The notes under the pieces are model-generated. The model did not search any database. It was not told where the DNA came from and worked only from the letters and a program-made list of their open reading frames with translations. Source: Escherichia coli (GTDB lineage Bacteria; Pseudomonadota; Gammaproteobacteria; Enterobacterales; Enterobacteriaceae). From it: a stretch of 64,000 nt of DNA. The position numbers were made by a program, and so were the translations under genes. The stretch lies in assembly GCF_050920415.1 (NCBI RefSeq), contig NZ_CP169309.1, one strand, 5' to 3'. Positions within the stretch are counted from its first letter, which is position 1. Each line of letters begins with the position of its first letter. This document shows positions 23,851 to 33,833 of the stretch, piece after piece.

Positions 23851-24798
23851 ATGCAAAATCGGCTGACCATCAAAGACATCGCGCGCTTAAGCGGCGTGGG
23901 GAAATCTACGGTTTCCCGAGTGCTGAATAACGAAAGCGGCGTGAGTCAGCGCACGCGCGAGCGCGTGGAAGCAGTGATGAATCAGCATGGATTTTCCCCT
24001 TCCCGCTCCGCACGCGCTATGCGTGGGCAAAGCGACAAAGTCGTCGCCATCATCGTGACCCGTCTGGATTCGTTGTCAGAAAATCTCGCCGTCCAAACCA
24101 TGCTGCCAGCGTTCTATGAACAAGGTTACGACCCGATCATGATGGAAAGTCAGTTTTCTCCGCAATTAGTTGCCGAACATTTGGGGGTGCTGAAACGGCG
24201 TAATATCGACGGCGTAGTGCTGTTCGGTTTTACCGGCATAACCGAAGACATGTTAGCCCACTGGCAGTCATCGCTGGTTCTGCTGGCGCGTGACGCAAAA
24301 GGCTTTGCTTCGGTCTGTTATGACGACGAAGGGGCAATCAAAATCCTGATGCAACGGCTGTATGACCAGGGACATCGTAATATCAGTTATCTCGGCGTGC
24401 CGCATAGTGACGTGACGACCGGTAAGCGACGTCACGAAGCCTACCTGGTGTTCTGCAAAGCGCATAAACTGCATCCCGTTGCCGCTCTGCCAGGCCTTGC
24501 GATGAAGCAAGGCTATGAGAACGTAGCAAAAGTGATTACGCCTGAAACTACCGCGTTACTGTGCGCAACCGACACGCTGGCACTTGGCGCAAGTAAATAC
24601 CTGCAAGAGCAACGCATCGACACCTTGCAACTGGCGAGCGTCGGTAATACGCCGTTAATGAAATTCCTCCATCCGGAGATCGTCACCGTTGACCCAGGTT
24701 ACGCCGAAGCTGGACGCCAGGCGGCCTGCCAGTTGATCGCGCAGGTAACCGGGCGCAGCGAACCGCAACAAATCATCATCCCCGCCACCCTGTCCTGA
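23851..24798 (+). CDS. treR: Trehalose operon repressor (LacI family)
   Basis: 315-aa ORF from ATG at 23851 (MQNRLTIKDIARLSGVGKSTVSRVLN), N-terminal LacI-type HTH. Confidence 0.95.
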   Translation: MQNRLTIKDIARLSGVGKSTVSRVLNNESGVSQRTRERVEAVMNQHGFSPSRSARAMRGQSDKVVAIIVTRLDSLSENLAVQTMLPAFYEQGYDPIMMESQFSPQLVAEHLGVLKRRNIDGVVLFGFTGITEDMLAHWQSSLVLLARDAKGFASVCYDDEGAIKILMQRLYDQGHRNISYLGVPHSDVTTGKRRHEAYLVFCKAHKLHPVAALPGLAMKQGYENVAKVITPETTALLCATDTLALGASKYLQEQRIDTLQLASVGNTPLMKFLHPEIVTVDPGYAEAGRQAACQLIAQVTGRSEPQQIIIPATLS

Positions 24799-24916
24799 TC
24801 GTTTCCTGAACGATAAATTGTGATCTTCGCTGCGTTTCGGGAACGTTCCCGTTTTTAAATTTTTCCGCGCACTATATTCTGCAGCCAACCAAAAATGTCA
24901 TCTGCCATGGGGCTTT

Positions 24917-26338
24917 ATGATGAGCAAAATAAACCAAACGGATATCGATCGGTTGATTGAACTGGTCGGCGGGCGCGGCAACATTGCGACGGTGAGCCAC
25001 TGTATTACTCGCCTGCGCTTTGTCCTCAACCAACCGGCCAATGCCAGACCGAAAGAAATTGAGCAACTCCCCATGGTGAAAGGCTGTTTCACCAATGCCG
25101 GGCAATTTCAGGTGGTAATTGGCACCAACGTGGGTGATTACTATCAAGCGCTGATAGCGACGACCGGACAGGCGCAGGTTGATAAAGAGCAGGTGAAAAA
25201 AGCCGCCCGGCAGAATATGAAATGGCATGAGCAGTTGATCTCTCATTTCGCGGAGATCTTCTTCCCGCTGCTGCCCGCGTTGATTAGTGGTGGTTTGATC
25301 CTCGGTTTTCGCAATGTGATCGGCGATTTGCCCATGAGCAACGGTCAAACGCTGGCGCAAATATACCCTTCCCTGCAAACGATCTACGATTTTCTATGGT
25401 TGATCGGTGAAGCGATCTTCTTCTACCTGCCGGTCGGAATTTGCTGGTCAGCGGTGAAAAAAATGGGCGGCACGCCGATCCTCGGTATCGTGCTTGGCGT
25501 GACGCTGGTTTCCCCACAGTTGATGAACGCTTATCTGCTCGGGCAGCAGCTGCCGGAAGTATGGAACTTTGGCATGTTCAGCATCGCCAAAGTGGGCTAT
25601 CAGGCACAGGTTATTCCGGCATTGTTAGCCGGGCTGGCGCTGGGCGTGATAGAAACTCGCCTTAAGCGTATCGTGCCGGATTACCTCTATCTGGTGGTGG
25701 TGCCGGTCTGTTCGCTGATCCTCGCGGTCTTCCTCGCCCATGCGCTGATCGGTCCGTTTGGTCGCATGATTGGCGATGGCGTTGCCTTTGCGGTGCGTCA
25801 CCTGATGACCGGCAGCTTTGCCCCCATTGGTGCGGCATTGTTTGGCTTCCTTTACGCACCGCTGGTGATCACCGGCGTACACCAGACCACGCTTGCTATA
25901 GATTTGCAGATGATTCAAAGCATGGGTGGCACGCCAGTATGGCCGCTTATTGCGCTGTCGAATATCGCTCAGGGCTCCGCCGTGATAGGCATTATCATTT
26001 CCAGCCGCAAGAGCAATGAACGCGAGATCTCCGTACCTGCCGCTATCTCCGCCTGGCTTGGGGTCACTGAGCCTGCAATGTACGGCATCAACCTGAAATA
26101 TCGCTTCCCGATGCTGTGCGCGATGATTGGTTCTGGTCTGGCTGGATTGCTATGTGGTCTGAACGGCGTTATGGCGAATGGCATCGGCGTAGGCGGCCTG
26201 CCGGGAATTCTCTCTATTCAACCGAGCTATTGGCAAGTGTTTGCGCTGGCAATGGCTATCGCCATCATCATCCCGATTGTACTCACCTCATTTATCTACC
26301 AGCGGAAATACCGCCTGGGTACGCTGGACATTGTTTAA
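24917..26338 (+). CDS. treB: PTS trehalose-specific EIIBC component
   Basis: 473-aa membrane ORF with EIIB cysteine motif near N-terminus (VSHCITRLRF). Confidence 0.95.
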   Translation: MMSKINQTDIDRLIELVGGRGNIATVSHCITRLRFVLNQPANARPKEIEQLPMVKGCFTNAGQFQVVIGTNVGDYYQALIATTGQAQVDKEQVKKAARQNMKWHEQLISHFAEIFFPLLPALISGGLILGFRNVIGDLPMSNGQTLAQIYPSLQTIYDFLWLIGEAIFFYLPVGICWSAVKKMGGTPILGIVLGVTLVSPQLMNAYLLGQQLPEVWNFGMFSIAKVGYQAQVIPALLAGLALGVIETRLKRIVPDYLYLVVVPVCSLILAVFLAHALIGPFGRMIGDGVAFAVRHLMTGSFAPIGAALFGFLYAPLVITGVHQTTLAIDLQMIQSMGGTPVWPLIALSNIAQGSAVIGIIISSRKSNEREISVPAAISAWLGVTEPAMYGINLKYRFPMLCAMIGSGLAGLLCGLNGVMANGIGVGGLPGILSIQPSYWQVFALAMAIAIIIPIVLTSFIYQRKYRLGTLDIV

Positions 26339-26346
26339 TTTTCTTC

Positions 26347-26364
26347 GGGGCGCAATTGCGCCCC
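26347..26364 (+). other. Intercistronic perfect palindrome between treB and treC
   Basis: GGGGCGCAATTGCGCCCC, an 18-bp perfect palindrome with no following T-run. Confidence 0.6.
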
Positions 26365-26387
26365 CTCGCATTTGCAGGAATAACGTA

Positions 26388-28043
26388 ATGACGAATCTTC
26401 CCCACTGGTGGCAAAACGGCGTTATCTACCAGATTTATCCCAAGAGTTTTCAGGACACCACGGGCAGCGGCACCGGCGATTTACGTGGCGTTATCCAACG
26501 CCTGGACTATCTGCATAAACTGGGCGTCGATGCTATCTGGCTAACCCCCTTTTATGTCTCTCCCCAGGTCGATAACGGATACGACGTAGCGAACTATACG
26601 GCGATAGATCCCACTTACGGTACGCTGGACGATTTTGACGAAATGGTGACGCAGGCGAAATCGCGCGGCATTCGTATCATTCTCGATATGGTGTTTAATC
26701 ATACTTCTACCCAACATGCCTGGTTTCGTGAGGCGCTGAGCAAAGAAAGCCCTTACCGCCAGTTTTATATCTGGCGCGATGGTGAACCAGAAACGCCACC
26801 GAATAACTGGCGTTCAAAATTTGGCGGTAGTGCGTGGCGCTGGCATGCGGAAAGCGAACAGTACTATTTGCATCTCTTTGCACCAGAACAGGCGGATCTC
26901 AACTGGGAGAATTCGGCGGTACGCGCCGAGCTGAAAAAAGTCTGTGAGTTCTGGGCCGATCGCGGGGTCGACGGGTTACGCCTGGATGTAGTGAATTTGA
27001 TCTCTAAAGATCTGCGTTTTCCTAATGACCTGGATGGCGATGGGCGTCGCTTCTACACCGACGGGCCACGAGCACACGAGTTTTTGCATGAGATGAACCG
27101 CGATGTGTTTACGCCTCGCGGTTTAATGACCGTGGGTGAAATGTCCTCCACCAGCCTTGAGCATTGCCAGCGATACGCGGCACTAACAGGCAGTGAATTG
27201 TCGATGACCTTTAATTTTCATCACCTGAAGGTCGATTATCCCGGTGGTGAAAAATGGACGCTGGCTAAACCTGACTTTGTGGGGTTGAAAGCATTGTTCC
27301 GCCACTGGCAACAAGGAATGCACAACGTGGCATGGAATGCCTTGTTCTGGTGTAACCACGATCAGCCGCGCATTGTTTCTCGTTTTGGTGATGAAGGGGA
27401 CTACCGCGAACCTGCGGCAAAAATGCTGGCGATGGTGCTGCATGGCATGCAGGGAACGCCATATATCTATCAGGGCGAAGAGATTGGCATGACTAACCCA
27501 CATTTCACGCGCATTACTGACTATCGCGACGTGGAGAGCCTCAATATGTTTGCCGAACTGCGCAACGATGGGCGTGACGCCGAGGAGTTATTGGCAATCC
27601 TCGCCAGTAAATCCCGTGACAATAGTCGCACGCCAATGCAATGGAGCAACGGCGATAATGCCGGGTTTACAACGGGTGAACCGTGGATTGGCCTGGGCGA
27701 TAACTATCAAGAAATCAACGTAGAAGCCGCGCTGGCCGATGAGTCCTCGGTGTTTTACACCTACCAAAAGTTAATCGCACTGCGTAAGCAAGAAGCCGTC
27801 CTGACATGGGGCAATTACCAGGATCTGCTGCCAGACAGCCCTGTATTGTGGTGCTATCGCCGTGAATGGAAGGGGCAAACCTTGCTGGTCATTGCCAACC
27901 TTAGCCGTGAGACCCAACCCTGGCAGCCAGGGCAAATGCGCGGCAACTGGCAGTTGCTGGTGCATAACTACGAAGAAGCCTCAGCACAACCCTGTGCCAT
28001 GACTTTACGGCCTTTTGAGGCCGTCTGGTGGTTACAGAAGTAA
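26388..28043 (+). CDS. treC: Trehalose-6-phosphate hydrolase
   Basis: 551-aa ORF from ATG at 26388 (MTNLPHWWQNGVIYQIYPKSF), GH13 alpha-amylase family. Confidence 0.95.
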   Translation: MTNLPHWWQNGVIYQIYPKSFQDTTGSGTGDLRGVIQRLDYLHKLGVDAIWLTPFYVSPQVDNGYDVANYTAIDPTYGTLDDFDEMVTQAKSRGIRIILDMVFNHTSTQHAWFREALSKESPYRQFYIWRDGEPETPPNNWRSKFGGSAWRWHAESEQYYLHLFAPEQADLNWENSAVRAELKKVCEFWADRGVDGLRLDVVNLISKDLRFPNDLDGDGRRFYTDGPRAHEFLHEMNRDVFTPRGLMTVGEMSSTSLEHCQRYAALTGSELSMTFNFHHLKVDYPGGEKWTLAKPDFVGLKALFRHWQQGMHNVAWNALFWCNHDQPRIVSRFGDEGDYREPAAKMLAMVLHGMQGTPYIYQGEEIGMTNPHFTRITDYRDVESLNMFAELRNDGRDAEELLAILASKSRDNSRTPMQWSNGDNAGFTTGEPWIGLGDNYQEINVEAALADESSVFYTYQKLIALRKQEAVLTWGNYQDLLPDSPVLWCYRREWKGQTLLVIANLSRETQPWQPGQMRGNWQLLVHNYEEASAQPCAMTLRPFEAVWWLQK

Positions 28044-28187
28044 GTATCCGCTAAGCCCCGGTAATACTGGTCATTCCGGGGTTTTGCCTTTCAGCATGTT
28101 GTTTTTGTTGATTTTATAATCAAAAAATTCATTAAAAAATTTACATAACGCTGTAGCGCCCGTCATCCGTACGCTCTGCTTTTTACT

Positions 28188-28232
28188 TTGAGCTACATCA
28201 AAAAAAGTTCAAACATCCTTGATGCAAAGCAC
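28188..28232 (+). promoter_or_regulatory. Putative tandem FNR sites in nrdDG promoter
   Basis: TTGAGctacATCAA (28188-28201) and TTGATgcaaAGCAC (28219-28232), centres exactly 31 bp apart; TAAAAT -10-like hexamer at 28246-28251. Confidence 0.5.
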
Positions 28233-28436
28233 TATATATAGACTTTAAAATGCGTCCCGACCCAATATGTTGTATTAATCGACTATAATTGCTACTACAA
28301 CTCCCCACGAAAAAGGTGCGGCGTTGTGGATAAGCGGATGGCGATTGCGGAAAGCGCCGGAAAACGAAACGAAAAAACCGGAAAACACCTTTCCCAATTT
28401 CTGTGGATAACCTGTTCTTAAAAATATGGAGCGATC

Positions 28437-30575
28437 ATGACACCGCATGTGATGAAACGAGACGGCTGCAAAGTGCCGTTTAAATCAGAGCGCATCAAAG
28501 AAGCGATTCTGCGTGCAGCTAAAGCAGCGGAAGTCGATGATGCAGATTATTGCGCCACTGTTGCCGCGGTTGTCAGCGAGCAGATGCAGGGCCGCAGCCA
28601 GGTGGATATCAACGAGATCCAGACCGCCGTTGAAAACCAGCTGATGTCGGGTCCATACAAACAACTGGCTCGTGCTTACATCGAGTACCGTCACGATCGC
28701 GACATTGAACGTGAAAAACGCGGTCGCCTGAATCAGGAGATCCGTGGTCTGGTCGAGCAGACCAACGCCTCGTTGCTCAACGAAAACGCCAACAAAGACA
28801 GCAAGGTGATTCCAACCCAGCGCGACCTGCTGGCCGGGATTGTGGCTAAACACTATGCACGTCAGCACCTGCTGCCGCGTGACGTGGTGCAGGCGCATGA
28901 GCGTGGCGATATTCACTATCACGATCTCGATTACTCGCCGTTCTTCCCGATGTTCAACTGCATGTTGATCGACCTGAAAGGTATGCTGACCCAGGGCTTT
29001 AAGATGGGGAACGCCGAGATTGAACCACCGAAGTCGATCTCTACGGCAACCGCGGTAACTGCGCAGATTATTGCTCAGGTCGCCAGTCATATTTATGGCG
29101 GCACCACCATTAACCGTATCGATGAAGTGCTGGCACCGTTTGTCACCGCCAGCTACAACAAACACCGCAAGACCGCAGAAGAGTGGAATATCCCGGACGC
29201 CGAAGGTTACGCTAACTCTCGTACCATCAAAGAGTGCTACGATGCCTTCCAGTCGCTGGAGTACGAAGTAAACACCCTGCACACCGCCAACGGTCAAACA
29301 CCGTTTGTGACCTTTGGTTTTGGTCTGGGCACCAGCTGGGAGTCTCGCCTGATTCAGGAGTCTATCCTGCGTAACCGTATCGCGGGCCTCGGTAAAAACC
29401 GCAAAACTGCGGTGTTCCCGAAACTGGTGTTTGCGATTCGCGATGGCCTGAACCATAAAAAAGGCGATCCGAACTACGACATCAAACAGCTGGCGCTGGA
29501 GTGCGCAAGCAAGCGCATGTATCCGGATATCCTGAACTACGATCAGGTAGTGAAAGTCACCGGTTCGTTTAAAACCCCGATGGGCTGCCGTAGCTTCCTC
29601 GGCGTGTGGGAAAATGAAAACGGCGAACAGATCCACGATGGTCGTAACAACCTCGGCGTGATCAGCCTGAACCTGCCGCGCATTGCTCTGGAAGCGAAAG
29701 GCGATGAAGCCACCTTCTGGAAGCTGCTGGATGAACGTCTGGTGCTGGCACGTAAGGCGCTGATGACCCGTATCGCTCGTCTCGAAGGCGTTAAAGCGCG
29801 CGTGGCCCCGATCCTCTATATGGAAGGTGCTTGTGGCGTTCGTCTGAATGCTGACGACGACGTTTCTGAAATCTTCAAAAACGGTCGTGCGTCTATTTCG
29901 CTGGGTTACATCGGCATCCACGAAACCATTAACGCGCTGTTTGGCGGCGAGCATGTGTATGACAACGAGCAGCTGCGCGCGAAAGGTATCGCCATTGTTG
30001 AACGTCTGCGTCAGGCGGTGGATCAGTGGAAAGAAGAAACGGGTTACGGTTTTAGCCTTTACAGCACGCCAAGTGAAAACCTGTGCGACCGCTTCTGCCG
30101 TCTCGATACCGCAGAGTTTGGCGTGGTGCCGGGCGTGACTGATAAAGGTTACTACACCAACAGTTTCCACCTCGATGTGGAGAAGAAGGTGAACCCGTAC
30201 GACAAGATCGACTTTGAAGCGCCTTACCCGCCGCTGGCGAACGGTGGCTTCATTTGCTACGGCGAATATCCAAACATTCAGCACAACCTGAAGGCGCTGG
30301 AAGATGTCTGGGATTACAGCTATCAGCATGTACCGTATTACGGCACCAATACGCCGATTGATGAGTGTTACGAGTGTGGTTTTACCGGTGAGTTTGAGTG
30401 CACCAGTAAAGGCTTCACCTGCCCGAAATGCGGTAACCATGACGCCTCCCGTGTGTCGGTGACTCGCCGCGTGTGCGGATATTTAGGTAGCCCGGATGCG
30501 CGTCCGTTTAACGCTGGTAAGCAGGAAGAAGTTAAGCGCCGCGTTAAACATTTGGGAAATGGGCAGATCGGTTAA
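28437..30575 (+). CDS. nrdD: Anaerobic ribonucleoside-triphosphate reductase
   Basis: 712-aa ORF with C-terminal glycyl-radical region and Zn-binding cysteines (CYECGFTGEFECTSKGFTCPKCGNHD). Confidence 0.97.
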   Translation: MTPHVMKRDGCKVPFKSERIKEAILRAAKAAEVDDADYCATVAAVVSEQMQGRSQVDINEIQTAVENQLMSGPYKQLARAYIEYRHDRDIEREKRGRLNQEIRGLVEQTNASLLNENANKDSKVIPTQRDLLAGIVAKHYARQHLLPRDVVQAHERGDIHYHDLDYSPFFPMFNCMLIDLKGMLTQGFKMGNAEIEPPKSISTATAVTAQIIAQVASHIYGGTTINRIDEVLAPFVTASYNKHRKTAEEWNIPDAEGYANSRTIKECYDAFQSLEYEVNTLHTANGQTPFVTFGFGLGTSWESRLIQESILRNRIAGLGKNRKTAVFPKLVFAIRDGLNHKKGDPNYDIKQLALECASKRMYPDILNYDQVVKVTGSFKTPMGCRSFLGVWENENGEQIHDGRNNLGVISLNLPRIALEAKGDEATFWKLLDERLVLARKALMTRIARLEGVKARVAPILYMEGACGVRLNADDDVSEIFKNGRASISLGYIGIHETINALFGGEHVYDNEQLRAKGIAIVERLRQAVDQWKEETGYGFSLYSTPSENLCDRFCRLDTAEFGVVPGVTDKGYYTNSFHLDVEKKVNPYDKIDFEAPYPPLANGGFICYGEYPNIQHNLKALEDVWDYSYQHVPYYGTNTPIDECYECGFTGEFECTSKGFTCPKCGNHDASRVSVTRRVCGYLGSPDARPFNAGKQEEVKRRVKHLGNGQIG

Positions 30576-30597
30576 TCTTCACTCTGCGCTAAGCAAA

Positions 30598-30690
<93 letters not shown>

Positions 30691-30732
30691 CCTGATACCG
30701 CCTACACGCGGACTGATAAGCCAGGCGAAATA

Positions 30733-31197
30733 ATGAATTATCATCAGTACTATCCTGTCGACATCGTCAACGGTCCCGGCACTCGCTGCACCCTGTTTGT
30801 CTCCGGGTGTGTTCATGAATGCCCCGGTTGCTATAACAAAAGCACCTGGCGGGTAAATTCCGGTCAGCCATTTACCAAAGCAATGGAAGACCAGATCATT
30901 AACGATCTGAACGACACCCGCATCAAACGCCAGGGTATTTCCCTCTCCGGCGGCGATCCGCTGCATCCGCAAAACGTGCCGGATATTCTGAAACTGGTAC
31001 AACGCATCCGCGCCGAATGTCCGGGTAAAGACATCTGGGTGTGGACAGGCTATAAACTCGACGAACTCAACGCTGCGCAAATGCAGGTTGTTGATTTGAT
31101 TAACGTGCTGGTCGACGGCAAATTTATGCAGGATCTAAAAGACCCTTCCCTGATCTGGCGCGGCAGCAGCAATCAGGTGGTGCATCATTTGCGATGA
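30733..31197 (+). CDS. nrdG: Anaerobic ribonucleotide reductase activating protein (radical SAM)
   Basis: 154-aa ORF from ATG at 30733 (MNYHQYYPVDIVNGPGTRCTLFVSGCVHECPGCYN) with CxxxCxxC cluster motif. Confidence 0.95.
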   Translation: MNYHQYYPVDIVNGPGTRCTLFVSGCVHECPGCYNKSTWRVNSGQPFTKAMEDQIINDLNDTRIKRQGISLSGGDPLHPQNVPDILKLVQRIRAECPGKDIWVWTGYKLDELNAAQMQVVDLINVLVDGKFMQDLKDPSLIWRGSSNQVVHHLR

Positions 31198-31201
31198 TAA
31201 G

Positions 31202-31233
31202 TTCCCTGTTACCTGAGTGCAGGCAACAGGGAA
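31202..31233. terminator. Bidirectional terminator hairpin between nrdG and cybC
   Basis: ttccctgtt acctgagtgcaggc aacagggaa inverted repeat. Confidence 0.6.
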
Positions 31234-31241
31234 ATAAGGAA

Positions 31242-31628
<387 letters not shown>

Positions 31629-31680
31629 TGCTCACTTCCTTTTTCTTATTAAGATTTGGCGCGGCAGGTCGCGCCTTTTT

Positions 31681-33033
31681 TTACTGCCCGGCGATTTTCA
31701 TCTCCGGCAACAGCACAGAACCACACTGTATATTGCTGCGTGTTTCAATATCGTTACCGACGGTGACAATATTGCGCCACATATCTTTTAAATTACCTGC
31801 GATGGTGATTTCGCTAACCGGATACTGAATTTCGCCATTCTCTACCCAGAAGCCCGCAGCACCACGGGAATAATCACCGGTAATGGCACTCACGCCCTGG
31901 CCCATCAGCTCCGTCACCACCAGCCCGGTGCCCATCTCTTTGAGCATTTGTTCGAAGCTTAGCCCTTGCCCGGCAATCCGCCAGTTGTGAATACCGCCCG
32001 CATGTCCGGTGCTTTTCAGCCCCAGTTTCCGCGCCGAATAGCTGGTCAGCAGCCACTGAGTCAGGATACCATCTTTGACGATATCGCGGCGCTCGGTGCG
32101 CACACCTTCGCTGTCGAATGGTGTAGATGCCAGTCCTTTCAGCAGATGCGGATGCTCTTCAATGGTCAGCCAATCCGGCAGAATTTGTTTACCCAGCGAA
32201 TCCAGCAGGAAGGTGGATTTACGGTAAACCGATCCACCCGCTATCGCCCCCACCAGATGCCCAAAAAGTCCGGTTGCCACTTCATTGGCAAAAATTACCG
32301 GCGCTTTCATGGTGGAAAGTTTACGCGGTGACAGGCGCGATAAAGTACGACGAGCACAATCGGCCCCGACCCACTCTGGCGTCTGCAGATCGCTCATCGC
32401 GCGACCAATGGTGTAGGCGTAATCACGCTCCATATCGCCATTTTCTTCGGCAATTACGCAGCTTGAGAGTGAATGACGCGTTGAGCAATAACCCTGCAAC
32501 ATGCCGTGGCTGTTGCCAAAAACTTTTACGCCGTAGTGGCTGTTAAAACTGCCACCTTCGGTATTGGTAATACGCTTGTCCGCCTGTAATGCTGCCTGTT
32601 CTGCGCGAGCCGCCAGTTCAATAGCTTCATCCGGGGAAACTTCCGCAGGGTGAAACAAGTCGAGATCCGGCGCGTCAAAGGCCAGCAGCTCTTTGTCTGC
32701 CACGCCGGCACAGGGATCTGGCGAGGTATAACGGGCAATATCCAGCGCTGCCTGTACGGTGCGGGCAATGGCCTGCGGACTTAAATCGGTAGACGATGCG
32801 CTGCCTTTGCGGTTCTGGTGATAAACAGTGATCCCCAGCGCGCCATCGCTATTGAATTCGACATTCTCCACTTCGCCATATCGCGTGCTAACGCTAATGC
32901 CGGTGGTCTTGCTGACGGCAACTTCCGCACCGTCCGATTTGCCTGAGGCCAACTCCAGCGCAGTGGAAACTGCTTCTTCCAGAATCTTGCGCTGCGCTTC
33001 AACTTGAGAGATTACTTTCATTGCAAGTGCCAT
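31681..33033 (-). CDS. pmbA: Metalloprotease PmbA (TldE)
   Basis: 450-aa [34 protein letters not shown]. Confidence 0.95.
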   Translation of the reverse strand: MALAMKVISQVEAQRKILEEAVSTALELASGKSDGAEVAVSKTTGISVSTRYGEVENVEFNSDGALGITVYHQNRKGSASSTDLSPQAIARTVQAALDIARYTSPDPCAGVADKELLAFDAPDLDLFHPAEVSPDEAIELAARAEQAALQADKRITNTEGGSFNSHYGVKVFGNSHGMLQGYCSTRHSLSSCVIAEENGDMERDYAYTIGRAMSDLQTPEWVGADCARRTLSRLSPRKLSTMKAPVIFANEVATGLFGHLVGAIAGGSVYRKSTFLLDSLGKQILPDWLTIEEHPHLLKGLASTPFDSEGVRTERRDIVKDGILTQWLLTSYSARKLGLKSTGHAGGIHNWRIAGQGLSFEQMLKEMGTGLVVTELMGQGVSAITGDYSRGAAGFWVENGEIQYPVSEITIAGNLKDMWRNIVTVGNDIETRSNIQCGSVLLPEMKIAGQ

Positions 33034-33126
33034 AATGTAGAGAGTTTCTCTGAAGTCTAACAGAGAACCGTTTTTCAGTGCGCATCTTAACTGGTAACAT
33101 TAGCCTCTTTTTTTAAGGAGCCTGAG

Positions 33127-33678
33127 ATGACTAAGCAGCCCGAAGACTGGCTCGACGACGTTCCCGGTGATGACATCGAAGACGAAGACGATGAAATTAT
33201 CTGGGTCAGTAAAAGTGAAATTAAACGTGATGCCGAGGAGCTAAAACGCCTTGGCGCAGAAATTGTTGATCTGGGGAAAAACGCGCTGGATAAGATCCCG
33301 TTAGACGCGGATCTGCGCGCGGCTATTGAGCTCGCCCAGCGTATTAAGATGGAAGGTCGCCGCCGCCAGTTGCAGCTCATCGGTAAGATGCTGCGCCAGC
33401 GCGACGTAGAACCGATCCGTCAGGCGCTGGATAAGCTGAAAAACCGCCACAACCAGCAAGTGGTGTTGTTCCATAAACTGGAAAACCTGCGCGATCGTCT
33501 GATCGAGCAAGGTGATGACGCCATCGCTGAAGTATTGAATCTGTGGCCCGATGCCGATCGTCAGCAACTGCGAACTCTGATCCGCAACGCGAAGAAAGAG
33601 AAAGAAGGGAATAAGCCGCCGAAATCCGCGCGCCAGATTTTCCAGTATCTGCGTGAGTTAGCGGAAAACGAAGGGTAA
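33127..33678 (+). CDS. yjgA: Ribosome-associated protein YjgA (DarP)
   Basis: 183-aa ORF with acidic N-terminus and basic C-terminus. Confidence 0.9.
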   Translation: MTKQPEDWLDDVPGDDIEDEDDEIIWVSKSEIKRDAEELKRLGAEIVDLGKNALDKIPLDADLRAAIELAQRIKMEGRRRQLQLIGKMLRQRDVEPIRQALDKLKNRHNQQVVLFHKLENLRDRLIEQGDDAIAEVLNLWPDADRQQLRTLIRNAKKEKEGNKPPKSARQIFQYLRELAENEG

Positions 33679-33694
33679 TTTTCGTTGTTGATGT

Positions 33695-33832
33695 GAGTAT
33701 GGTTTGCCGGATGCGGTGCACCTGTAGGCCTGATAAGACGCATCAAGCGTCGCATCAGGCACTATGCTCAAATGCCGGATGCGGCGTGAACGCCTTATCC
33801 GGCCTACACACACTATATCAGGCTGAGGCCGA
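33695..33832. repeat. REP/BIME cluster between yjgA and mpl
   Basis: gccggatgcggtgcacctgtaggcctgataagacgcatcaagcgtcgcatcaggc ... gccggatgcggcgtgaacgccttatccggcctaca. Confidence 0.85.
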
Positions 33833-33833
33833 A

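Noticed and set aside
26241-26387. N-terminal extensions of track ORFs (treC 600 aa, and likewise fbp 353, cpdB 674, qorB 361, fklB 259, msrA 234, bdcA 263, nrdG 169, ytfK 90)
   Set aside because: Each has an internal ATG preceded by a proper SD that yields the known protein N-terminus; the upstream extensions overlap neighbouring genes or terminators.
28485-30440. 651-aa ORF antisense to nrdD
   Set aside because: Completely overlaps nrdD on the opposite strand; the protein is low-complexity with no motifs and is most likely spurious.
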